DNA from: Candidatus Latescibacterota bacterium
Lineage (GTDB): Bacteria; Latescibacterota; UBA2968
Assembly: GCA_965116885.1 (NCBI GenBank)
Contig: OZ220741.1
Coordinates: forward strand, 4,448,001 to 4,512,000
DNA length: 64,000 bases
Direction: 5' to 3'
Each line of letters starts with the position of its first letter. The stretch's first letter is position 1. Below are positions 20,449 through 29,226 of this stretch, piece by piece. The notes beneath the pieces are model-generated. The model was given only the letters and a program-made list of their open reading frames with translations. It searched no databases and was not told where the DNA came from. Both the position numbers and the translations under genes were made by a program.

Positions 20449-22221
20449 ATGTCAAATTCACTACGCCATCGCTATCTGCCCTTTCTAAACTGGATTGGAG
20501 AACTCAAAGACCGGCACATCCTGCGCGCCGATATTATTGCGGGCATCACCCTATCGCTGGTATTGATCCCACAGGCCATGGCCAATGCCCAACTGGCCGA
20601 GATGCCTCCTTACTACGGCTTCTATGCATCATTTGTGCCCATCATCGTCAGCGCCCTCTTCGGGTCTTCTCGCCAACTCTCCACAGGTCCGGTCGCACTC
20701 GTCGCCTTGATGGTCGCCTCTGAATTGGGACAACTCGCGGTTGACGAACAGGCGTATATCGCCTATGCGATCCTGCTGGCTCTCATGGTCGGCCTCTTGC
20801 AATTCGGGCTGGGCGTATTGCGCCTGGGTGTATTGGTGAACTTTCTCTCCCATCCGGTGGTACTCGGCTTTACCAATGCCGCGGCCATCATCATCGGCAC
20901 ATCGCAAATCGACAAATTATTCGGCGTCACAGTAGAACGCGGCGGCGCACATTACGAGCGCATGATACGCATGTGGGACGTGATCTCTGCTGGCTCTCAC
21001 TCCCCCACCCTGATCATGGGCCTCTCTGCCATCGCACTATTATTTATTTTGCGCCGTATCAACCCGCAAATTCCGGGTGTGCTGATTGTCGCCATCCTGA
21101 CAACAGGCGTTTCGTGGCTCATCGGATTTGAACAAAATTACGGCGGACAGGTCGTGGGCAACATCCCCGAAGGCATCCCCGCATTTGCACTGCCAATAAT
21201 TGACTGGGGCATCGTGCCGCATATTCTCAGCGCCACCGTAACCATCGCACTCATCGGATATCTGGAAACCATTTCAATTGCCAAAGCCATTGCCACGCAG
21301 ACCCGTCAACGCATTGACGCCAACCAGGAATTGCTCGCACAGGGCTTGAGTAATATCGCCGGCAGTTTTTTCCAGAGCTTTCCCGTCTCCGGCTCTTTTG
21401 TCCGTTCAACCGTCACATTGCGCGCTGGCGGACAAACCGGCTTTGCATCCGTCATTGCCGGGCTGGTGGTCATCCTGCTCCTCCTTTTCTTCACCCAACT
21501 CTTATACCACATGCCCCTATCCACCCTGGCGGCAATCGTCATCGTCTCTGTCACCGCACTGATTAACGTCAAACCTATCATAAGCGCGTGGAAAGTACAC
21601 AAACACGACGGCATTGTCGCCATATCGTCATTTGCACTCACCCTCATCTTCGCGCCACACCTGGACCAGGGCATATTAATCGGCGCATCCTTATCAATCG
21701 CCCTCTATCTCTATCGCACGATGAAACCGCGCGTGGCATTCCTCGCCCGCCATCCCGATGGCGCATTTCGAGATGCAGTAGAACACAATCTGGAATTGTG
21801 CGATGCTATAGCCACCATCCGATTTGATGGCTCATTGTATTTCGGCAGCACAGGTGCTTTTGAAGACACTGTATTGGAACGGATTCGCGATCCCAAATTG
21901 CGCTATGTAATCGTCGATGCAGAAGGGATAAATGAGATTGATGCGACGGGGAAAGAAATGCTGGTCGGCGTGGTGCAGCGGCTACATGAGGCTGGCATTG
22001 AGGTACTATTTACACGAACAAAAAAACAGATCATGGACGCACTCAATCGCGCGGGCGTACTCGAAGAAATTGGTCACGACCGATTTTACACCACCCTCGA
22101 TCGCGTATTAGCTCATGTTTGGGAGGCGCTGGAAGATCAGTATCCCTGCGACAGGTCGTGCCCTGCCGAATGTCCACTCCACCGCCCCAGACCAGACGGA
22201 GATGTATTTTATCGCGTGTAG
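20449..22221 (+). CDS. SulP/SLC26 anion permease with C-terminal STAS domain
   Basis: DIIAGIT..LVLIPQAMA, FGSSRQLSTGP, NQELLAQG, STAS RFDGSLYF..INEIDATG. Confidence 0.95.
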   Translation: MSNSLRHRYLPFLNWIGELKDRHILRADIIAGITLSLVLIPQAMANAQLAEMPPYYGFYASFVPIIVSALFGSSRQLSTGPVALVALMVASELGQLAVDEQAYIAYAILLALMVGLLQFGLGVLRLGVLVNFLSHPVVLGFTNAAAIIIGTSQIDKLFGVTVERGGAHYERMIRMWDVISAGSHSPTLIMGLSAIALLFILRRINPQIPGVLIVAILTTGVSWLIGFEQNYGGQVVGNIPEGIPAFALPIIDWGIVPHILSATVTIALIGYLETISIAKAIATQTRQRIDANQELLAQGLSNIAGSFFQSFPVSGSFVRSTVTLRAGGQTGFASVIAGLVVILLLLFFTQLLYHMPLSTLAAIVIVSVTALINVKPIISAWKVHKHDGIVAISSFALTLIFAPHLDQGILIGASLSIALYLYRTMKPRVAFLARHPDGAFRDAVEHNLELCDAIATIRFDGSLYFGSTGAFEDTVLERIRDPKLRYVIVDAEGINEIDATGKEMLVGVVQRLHEAGIEVLFTRTKKQIMDALNRAGVLEEIGHDRFYTTLDRVLAHVWEALEDQYPCDRSCPAECPLHRPRPDGDVFYRV

Positions 22222-22496
22222 AAAAATACGGTCTTTTTGAGTGTACAAACTATAACACTATAACAATTTATTACAATTTTCAGGGGAACGAAGGTGAGCC
22301 ATCGCTTGTCTAAAACAATATAGCTGTAAATGGGGCTGATTGCTGACTACTGATTGTCACGATTATTGTTGATTTTTTAAAAAAAAATTATACTTTTGTG
22401 TTATCTGAGTTTTTACATAGCCTTCAATTTCGGGCAATTTGATTCATTATATAATCGAAACAGCGCAACTGTCCCTTTCACCACAGGAGGAAGTCT

Positions 22497-25400
22497 ATGA
22501 GACGGACGAGTCTGTTTTTCTTTTTATTCATAGCCCTGGCATTCTCAGCCAGTGCTGTTTTTGCCGGATCAACCGGTAAAATTTCGGGTAAGGTCGTGGA
22601 GAAATCTACGGGCGAGACCCTGCCCGGTGCCAATGTCGTCATTGAAGGCACCACATTGGGCGCCGTAACAGATTCCGATGGCAATTATTTCATCATCAAT
22701 GTGCCGCCGGGTTCTTATACCGTCAGCGCGAGTATGGTCGGCTATCACAAAACGACGCAAACCAATGTGCGGGTCTTTATCGACCTGACCACAACGATGA
22801 ATTTCTCCGGTGACTTCGGTCTTGTAGAAGAAACCATTGAACTGGCAGAGATCACAGTGGTTGCCGAACTCCCGGTGGTACAACCCGATATTTCCGCCAA
22901 CGTCGCCAATATCTCCGCGCAGGATGTCGAAAGCCTGCCAGTGACCAGCGTGAACGAAGTCGTGCGATTAGAGGCAGGGGTTCTCGCCTCTGCCAATGGC
23001 GAACTCTCGATTCGAGGCAGTGCTTTTAATGAGATCGCCTTTTCGGTCGATGGTCTGTCCATGCGCGATGGGCGCAACAACGAACCGTATTCAACGGTGA
23101 GTTATACCTCAATCAAAGAAATGAGCGTGCAGTCGGGTGGGTTCAACGCCGAATACGGCAACGTGCGCTCGGGCCTGGTCAATATTGTAACCAAAGAAGG
23201 CGACAAGCGACGCTACAACGGCGATGTGTTGTTGCGACACAGCGGCGCACAGCGCGATTATTTTGGTCCGTTGCCAAACCATCCCAATGGCTTGTTTTGG
23301 CGCCCATTTACAGATCCCGCTGTGAGGAACGTGGGCACCCATTCGCCCGAAAGCCCCTGGGATGTGTACACGCGGCGTCAATATCGCGTCTGGACCGGGT
23401 GGAATACCATTGTACAAAGGTGGGCTGCCACCCCTACTGATCCATATCACGGCGTGGGTGTGAGAGACACGGGCGCGGATGAATCGACTTTACCAGTCGA
23501 TGAACTGCAAGTTGATGACGCAGTGATTGCGGAATTGTTCGAGTGGTATCGCCGCAAAGATCTGGAAGTTCGCAATGCGGATTTCGATATCGATCTGGGT
23601 TTTGGTGGTCCCTTAATTCCGGGATTGAGCGAAAAACTGGGCGGCCTGAGGTTCTTTGCTTCGGGCAAGCGCGAGCGCAGAGCGTATATGATGCCGCGCA
23701 ATATCGATGAATACGAAAACGACTGGGGCCGCGTAAAGCTCACGTCGGATATTCGCAGCAACATGAAATTGAGTGTCGAGGCGATGTCGGGCGAAGAATT
23801 TGGCTTGAATCCGAACAGAAGTGGCTTTCCCAACATGTGGCGCGGCAATCAGGAAATGAGTCTTAATGATGCTGACCTGATTTGGGCAAATCACCACGAG
23901 AACACACTTCAGATCAAGCGCAATAATATCGGCCTCAGCTTTTCACACGTGTTGAGCCCCAGAACATTTTACGAGTTTCGCTTTCAGAGGATGCAATCGG
24001 ACTTTTTGACCGAAAAGTATCCAGACCGCGATTTGACGGCTGTTGAAAATACCATTCCCCGCAATCCGGACTTCGCGCCTCCCAGTCCGTCTTTACAAGT
24101 TTCAGAGGTCACGCAGAACCACATCGGGTTGACGGCTGCACCCGATGGCTATTTTATGAAAAATGAAGTCTTTGTTGACGGCCTGTATTTGGGGGGGCAC
24201 TGGGCCAATGGACGCGACGACTCTGAAGTCGTAGCCTATACAACGCGTTTTGACATTACCAGCCAGCGCAATCAGGTCGCGCAGTTTAAGGCGGGTTTTG
24301 AATGGATCGCCAGTGATTACGATGTCAATCACGAAAATGCACAGCCTTTCTTCAAAAACAATGCGGCACCCAAATACATCTGGCAACGCACCCCAAACCA
24401 ATTTGCCGGATACGTGCAGACCAAGCTCGAATTCAATGCGATGATCGCAAACCTGGGGGTGCGTTGGGATCGCTGGAATGGGAGTGGCGAATGGTGGGTT
24501 TATGAGGATTTCTCCGGTGCGTTTGGGCCTAAAATTGGCAAAGACAATCTCGAGGAAGCACTCGACCAGGCACCTGTTAAGACCCTGTCTTATTTAAGCC
24601 CTCGCCTGGGTATTTCGTTTCCGGTAACAGCAGACAGCAAATTGTTTTTTAACTATGGGCATTTTCGTCAGATGCTGAACCCACACAATCTCTTTCTCAT
24701 CGATGAAATAAATACGGGCGCAGTCTCTCGGGTCGGCAATCCCAATCATCCGATGCCGCGCACGATCAATTACGAACTCGGCTTTGAGCAGAATTTGTTT
24801 GATCGGTATTTGCTGCGCCTGACCGGATATTACAAAGCCAACGACGACCAGACAATTGGTGTGGCCTACACCAATCTGGACCAAACCGTAGCTTACAACC
24901 TTTTTGAACCCCTCAACTACGACGATATCCGGGGCTTTGAAATAACCATTAGAAAACACAGGGGCAAGTGGTTTGGCGGATCAGTCAACTATACGTATCT
25001 GCAAACTAAGGACGGCAACTTTGGTCGGCGCCAGATATTTGAAAATCGCTTAGAGCAAGCCACTTTTGATGCGACCTCTACGCGGCACTATCAAAGCCGG
25101 CCCGCCAGCCGACCCTTCGCCAGATTGTCGCTGGAATTTTACACGCCGCGCGACTTTGGTCCCCAGGTCTCTAAGTTTTATCCCCTGGGCAAGTGGGATA
25201 TGTCTTTCGTGGGCCGTTGGCGAGCGGGTCAGTACAGCAACTGGTATGGGCCAGAAGGTGGCGATATCCCCGGTTTGATCAGAAATGTCCAGTACAAGAG
25301 TATCAGGAATATGGATCTGCGCCTGACGAAGCAGTTTGCGATGATGGGCGTCAGGGCCATGTTCTTTTTAGACGTCGATAATGTGTTTAATCTCAAGCGA

Positions 25401-25853
25401 CTCAATAGCAGTTCTGCCAACCCGGGGCTCGAAGACTGGGAATTCTATATGGTATCCCTGCATTTGCCAGAAGACACATTTCGCGAGTTCGAACCGCCCT
25501 ATCAGTTCATTCCCGGCAATGACTCGCCCGGCAGTTTCAGAGATTACGGCACGCAATTTGTGCCCATTGAAATTGTCAATACAGCCAGCGATTTGCCCGC
25601 CAATGGATTGCCCGGCGATGCGGAAATCACGGCTGTACTGCCCACGGGTCTCGAACCCGACCGCCGCGTGTTGTGGTATGTTCAGGAAACCGGACAATAT
25701 CACGAATATCAAAACGGAAACTGGGCGCAGGCAAATCAGGATTTTGTAAATGAAGTGCTGGACAATAAGCTGTATATCGACATGCCCAACAACGACTCTA
25801 TCTGGTTCTTGAACCCACGCCGCGTGCGTTTGGGCTTGCGGTTCTCGTTCTAA
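22497..25853 (+). CDS. TonB-dependent receptor with N-terminal carboxypeptidase-regulatory-like domain
   Basis: Signal peptide, TGKISGKV..GETLPGANV, plug motifs IRG and GGFNAEYGNVRSGLVNIVTKEG, SPRLGISFP, C-terminal PRRVRLGLRFSF; RBS aggagg. Confidence 0.93.
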   Translation: MRRTSLFFFLFIALAFSASAVFAGSTGKISGKVVEKSTGETLPGANVVIEGTTLGAVTDSDGNYFIINVPPGSYTVSASMVGYHKTTQTNVRVFIDLTTTMNFSGDFGLVEETIELAEITVVAELPVVQPDISANVANISAQDVESLPVTSVNEVVRLEAGVLASANGELSIRGSAFNEIAFSVDGLSMRDGRNNEPYSTVSYTSIKEMSVQSGGFNAEYGNVRSGLVNIVTKEGDKRRYNGDVLLRHSGAQRDYFGPLPNHPNGLFWRPFTDPAVRNVGTHSPESPWDVYTRRQYRVWTGWNTIVQRWAATPTDPYHGVGVRDTGADESTLPVDELQVDDAVIAELFEWYRRKDLEVRNADFDIDLGFGGPLIPGLSEKLGGLRFFASGKRERRAYMMPRNIDEYENDWGRVKLTSDIRSNMKLSVEAMSGEEFGLNPNRSGFPNMWRGNQEMSLNDADLIWANHHENTLQIKRNNIGLSFSHVLSPRTFYEFRFQRMQSDFLTEKYPDRDLTAVENTIPRNPDFAPPSPSLQVSEVTQNHIGLTAAPDGYFMKNEVFVDGLYLGGHWANGRDDSEVVAYTTRFDITSQRNQVAQFKAGFEWIASDYDVNHENAQPFFKNNAAPKYIWQRTPNQFAGYVQTKLEFNAMIANLGVRWDRWNGSGEWWVYEDFSGAFGPKIGKDNLEEALDQAPVKTLSYLSPRLGISFPVTADSKLFFNYGHFRQMLNPHNLFLIDEINTGAVSRVGNPNHPMPRTINYELGFEQNLFDRYLLRLTGYYKANDDQTIGVAYTNLDQTVAYNLFEPLNYDDIRGFEITIRKHRGKWFGGSVNYTYLQTKDGNFGRRQIFENRLEQATFDATSTRHYQSRPASRPFARLSLEFYTPRDFGPQVSKFYPLGKWDMSFVGRWRAGQYSNWYGPEGGDIPGLIRNVQYKSIRNMDLRLTKQFAMMGVRAMFFLDVDNVFNLKRLNSSSANPGLEDWEFYMVSLHLPEDTFREFEPPYQFIPGNDSPGSFRDYGTQFVPIEIVNTASDLPANGLPGDAEITAVLPTGLEPDRRVLWYVQETGQYHEYQNGNWAQANQDFVNEVLDNKLYIDMPNNDSIWFLNPRRVRLGLRFSF

Positions 25854-25891
25854 GAAGATTTTTGAATTGCGACTTATCAGGAGAATTTGTA

Positions 25892-28066
25892 ATGAACAGA
25901 TTGTTAAAACCGCTGGTCGGAACCGCTTTTGCACTTGTGGGGCTGGTGTTCTTTGGTCAGCCAACCGAAGTGCAGGCGCAGGCAGAACTAATGTGGCTGG
26001 ATGTGGGCGATTATCACTATCGATACGCATCGACAGGCACAGAGCCTTCAATCACAAGACCCCCGTTTCGGGCACGTGTGAAATACTGGCCCGGTATTTA
26101 TGCTCGAGAAGGTGGCACGCATGTGCGCTCGCGTCATTATATCGGAGTAAAAGATTTTACCGATGAAAATGGACAAGCCTGGCCGTTCAAAGTCGCCCGT
26201 GCGGGACCTCGCGTATTTGACCTGGGCGAACACTTTGCATTGCCCATGGAACTGATTGGCAAGTTTGACAAACCCGACGTGTTTGTCGATGGGTTTCAAT
26301 CTTTTTCTCGGCCCACAGTATTGACCCGCGTCGATCCTTCTATTCCATCAGATCGCATGATTGTTCGCGGTGCCAATTCCAATGTGGGCATCACATGGGA
26401 AGAGAGGATCTACGCATTTTCCAATCCCTATCACGATGACTACCACATCCGGGAAATGACCTGGACAAATACGGGCAATGTCGATGCCGATGAAGAGATC
26501 GAATTGCCCGATCAAACCGCGAACGAGATGATGTTGTCCTTTGCCGCTAAAGAGCACCTCTGGGGGCCGCGCGGGGTTACGGGCGCGGGTGTCTCGGGCA
26601 CAATGTGGGATTATGTGGGCGACGGCAAGGAGCCGCTGGGCAAATGGGAAGGCATACGCGCCACGCTCGGCTGGATCGGCAATGGTACGAATGTGTCCTT
26701 CCTGAACCGCATTGGAGGACCTATCTGGCGAGGTGGACGCGGAAATGCCAACTATCGGATTACAGAAGGCGATTCCATTGGTAGGCTCGGCGGTGCTTAT
26801 ATGCTGACCCGCGCGATCCTGCACGCAGATACAAGCCCATCAGATCCGACAAATGATCCTGGACAGCCCAGAACTACAGGTTACACCCGTGGCGGCGAAT
26901 CGAATACCAACCCGTCGTTTGGCGATGCCGAACAGATGACAAACACATACCATTTTATGCACCCGGACCTGAGCTATGCCGAATATGGCAACCCGGGTGA
27001 CGATGGGCACCATTTTCCGCACGAAGCCGACCGTTCAGCACCGCCGGAGCCTGCGGGTCCTTTCGATTCGGAATCGTGGTACGAACGCATGGGGGCACAA
27101 ACTGATGTCTCTCGCATGAGAAGTGGAGGTATAGTGCCAGTGTTTGCCTTTGGTCCCTACACACTGGCTCCGGGTGAAAGCGTCAGTGCGGTCTGGATTG
27201 AAGGTATGCACGGGTTGAATCGGGACGTATGTGTTGCTGTGGGCACGGCGTACAAAAATTCTGGTTATGACGATACACTCCCCATTACCTACAATGGGCA
27301 GACCCACACGAAGAACCGCTGGGTACTGGGCACCCGGGATTCCATCTACCAGATGATCCGCAGAGCTACGGCGAACTGGGAATCGGGTTATAATGTTCCG
27401 CATCCCCCACTGCCGCCCAGAGTTTTCAATGTGCAGTCCGGTTCTGATCAAATTGTGCTTTCGTGGGAGACCTTTGCCAATGCCAACCACTCGGGTTTTG
27501 AGATCTGGCGAACGCGCAACTTGTTCGAAGGCAATGTGGATGACCTCTGGGAATACCAGTTGATCGCCACCCTGGGGGCAGGGGACCGCGAATACGTAGA
27601 TGCGGACGTGGTGCGCGGCATCAGTTATTTTTACTATATCCAATCCGTTGGTGCAGTGAACAACGATGGAACGGGAATGACGCCAACGGGCAGTGTGCTG
27701 AAAAGCAGCCGGTATTATACGCAGACCTATGATCCCGCGTTTTTGAAGCGCCCGCCCGGCACCTCGCTGATGGAAGTGCGCGTTGTACCCAATCCTTATG
27801 TACTGGAAGCCGATCAGAATATTCGATTCCCGGATCAGCAGGACAAGCTGGCATTCTTCGAAATTCCGGGTGAATGCACCATCCAGATTTTCAGCGAACT
27901 GGGAGAATCGATTTTCACCATCGAGCACACCGATGGCACAGGGGACGAATTTTGGAACCTGACCACAGAATCGAATCAGGTGATTACAAGTGGCATTTAT
28001 TTTGCCGTGATCACAGACCTTCAGACCGGCGATAAGATAATCAAAAAATTCGTCGTTATTCGTTAA
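25892..28066 (+). CDS. Secreted protein with Fn3-like domain and T9SS type-A-like C-terminal sorting domain
   Basis: SpI signal (VQA|Q), no lipobox; C-terminus VRVVPNPY..IQIFSELGE..WNL..SGIYFAVI..KKFVVIR. Confidence 0.8.
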   Translation: MNRLLKPLVGTAFALVGLVFFGQPTEVQAQAELMWLDVGDYHYRYASTGTEPSITRPPFRARVKYWPGIYAREGGTHVRSRHYIGVKDFTDENGQAWPFKVARAGPRVFDLGEHFALPMELIGKFDKPDVFVDGFQSFSRPTVLTRVDPSIPSDRMIVRGANSNVGITWEERIYAFSNPYHDDYHIREMTWTNTGNVDADEEIELPDQTANEMMLSFAAKEHLWGPRGVTGAGVSGTMWDYVGDGKEPLGKWEGIRATLGWIGNGTNVSFLNRIGGPIWRGGRGNANYRITEGDSIGRLGGAYMLTRAILHADTSPSDPTNDPGQPRTTGYTRGGESNTNPSFGDAEQMTNTYHFMHPDLSYAEYGNPGDDGHHFPHEADRSAPPEPAGPFDSESWYERMGAQTDVSRMRSGGIVPVFAFGPYTLAPGESVSAVWIEGMHGLNRDVCVAVGTAYKNSGYDDTLPITYNGQTHTKNRWVLGTRDSIYQMIRRATANWESGYNVPHPPLPPRVFNVQSGSDQIVLSWETFANANHSGFEIWRTRNLFEGNVDDLWEYQLIATLGAGDREYVDADVVRGISYFYYIQSVGAVNNDGTGMTPTGSVLKSSRYYTQTYDPAFLKRPPGTSLMEVRVVPNPYVLEADQNIRFPDQQDKLAFFEIPGECTIQIFSELGESIFTIEHTDGTGDEFWNLTTESNQVITSGIYFAVITDLQTGDKIIKKFVVIR

Positions 28067-28081
28067 GAATGGAGTACTTCA

Positions 28082-29137
28082 ATGACCAGAAAATTTCTTA
28101 CACTTGTCGCGCTGAGTCTGATGTGTCTGACGCCGCTCTATGCACAGGACCCGGTGGATACGACAGATCCAGACGATCTTCCCGTGCCCGAACCGGGACA
28201 GGATCTTCCGCGCGAACGCCGCGCACAAGCGGGCTTTAAGTTTTTGAGCGTATCGCCCGATGCGCGCGCCGCTGCCATGGGCGATGCGTATTCCGCATTG
28301 AGGGTGGGGGCATCGGCAATGTTTTACAACCCCGCATCAATGGCGTATGCCACGCGCAAATTTCAACTCTCTGCCGGACAGGTCCAGTGGATCGCAGATG
28401 TGACCTACAACATGGGCAGTGTTGCATTGAATACGGATTGGGGCGTTTTCGGATTGTCAATGATTTCCGTCGATTACGGCGATTTTGAACGCACCATTCG
28501 CGCAGACAACGAAAAGGGATTCCTCGATGTGGGCACGTATAGCCCATCTGCCTGGGCTATCGGACTCGGTTATGCCCACGCAATTACCGACCGCTTTTCA
28601 GTGGGCGGCAATATACGCATCGCCAAACAATCGTTCGGCAATGTTCCCGTGGGACTTGAAGGTGCAGAACCTGTAAATAAATCTTTTGGCGAGCGCTCGA
28701 CCATTGTCGATTTTGGCGTGCTCTACTGGACGGGATATAAGAGCCTGACATTGGCGCTGAACACGCGAAACTTCTCTCAGGAAAACAAGTACAGCGAAGA
28801 GAGTTTTGAATTGCCGCTAACATTCCGCATGGGATTGGCGATGGATTTGATCGATTTCACGGATATGGATAAGGATGCCCATTCTGTAATCCTATCGGTA
28901 GATACCGAACGACCGCGCGACTTTTCCGAGCAAGTCAAGATCGGGGTGGATTATACGCTTATGAAAACCCTGTCTTTGCGCGCCGGATATGTGACGCCAA
29001 CTGATGAGCAGGGCATATCTTTGGGCGTCGGCTTTGGCCGCGACCTGGGCAGTCTGGATCTGCGCGTGGATTATGCGTACACCGATTTTGGCGTATTTGA
29101 CAATGTCAACCGCTTGACGCTTCAGGCGGGCTTTTAG
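28082..29137 (+). CDS. PorV/PorQ-family outer-membrane barrel
   Basis: FLSVSPDARAAAMGDA, MFYNPA, SLRAGY, VDYAY, terminal F. Confidence 0.85.
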   Translation: MTRKFLTLVALSLMCLTPLYAQDPVDTTDPDDLPVPEPGQDLPRERRAQAGFKFLSVSPDARAAAMGDAYSALRVGASAMFYNPASMAYATRKFQLSAGQVQWIADVTYNMGSVALNTDWGVFGLSMISVDYGDFERTIRADNEKGFLDVGTYSPSAWAIGLGYAHAITDRFSVGGNIRIAKQSFGNVPVGLEGAEPVNKSFGERSTIVDFGVLYWTGYKSLTLALNTRNFSQENKYSEESFELPLTFRMGLAMDLIDFTDMDKDAHSVILSVDTERPRDFSEQVKIGVDYTLMKTLSLRAGYVTPTDEQGISLGVGFGRDLGSLDLRVDYAYTDFGVFDNVNRLTLQAGF

Positions 29138-29166
29138 ATTATTGCGATGTATTCCCCGCCATTTTG

Positions 29167-29200
29167 AAAAGGGAGCCAGTTTTTGCCGGCTCCCTTTTTT
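29167..29200 (+). terminator. Intrinsic terminator after the TBDR-CTD-PorV triad
   Basis: aaaagggagcc...ggctccc followed by tttttt. Confidence 0.75.
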
Positions 29201-29226
29201 ACGTGAAGTCCGCGGACATCCCTACC

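Noticed and set aside
20237..20461. 74-aa minus-strand ORF with a 17-aa repeat
   Set aside because: By-product of the 51-nt repeat; overlaps the sulP start and has no SD
27035..27928. 297-aa antisense ORF and similar long shadow ORFs (e.g. 3059-3700, 14107-14787, 33226-33939)
   Set aside because: Opposite to well-supported genes and without recognisable motifs
25892..28066. SusD homologue
   Set aside because: No lipobox or TPR/SusD features; has Fn3-like and CTD-like domains instead
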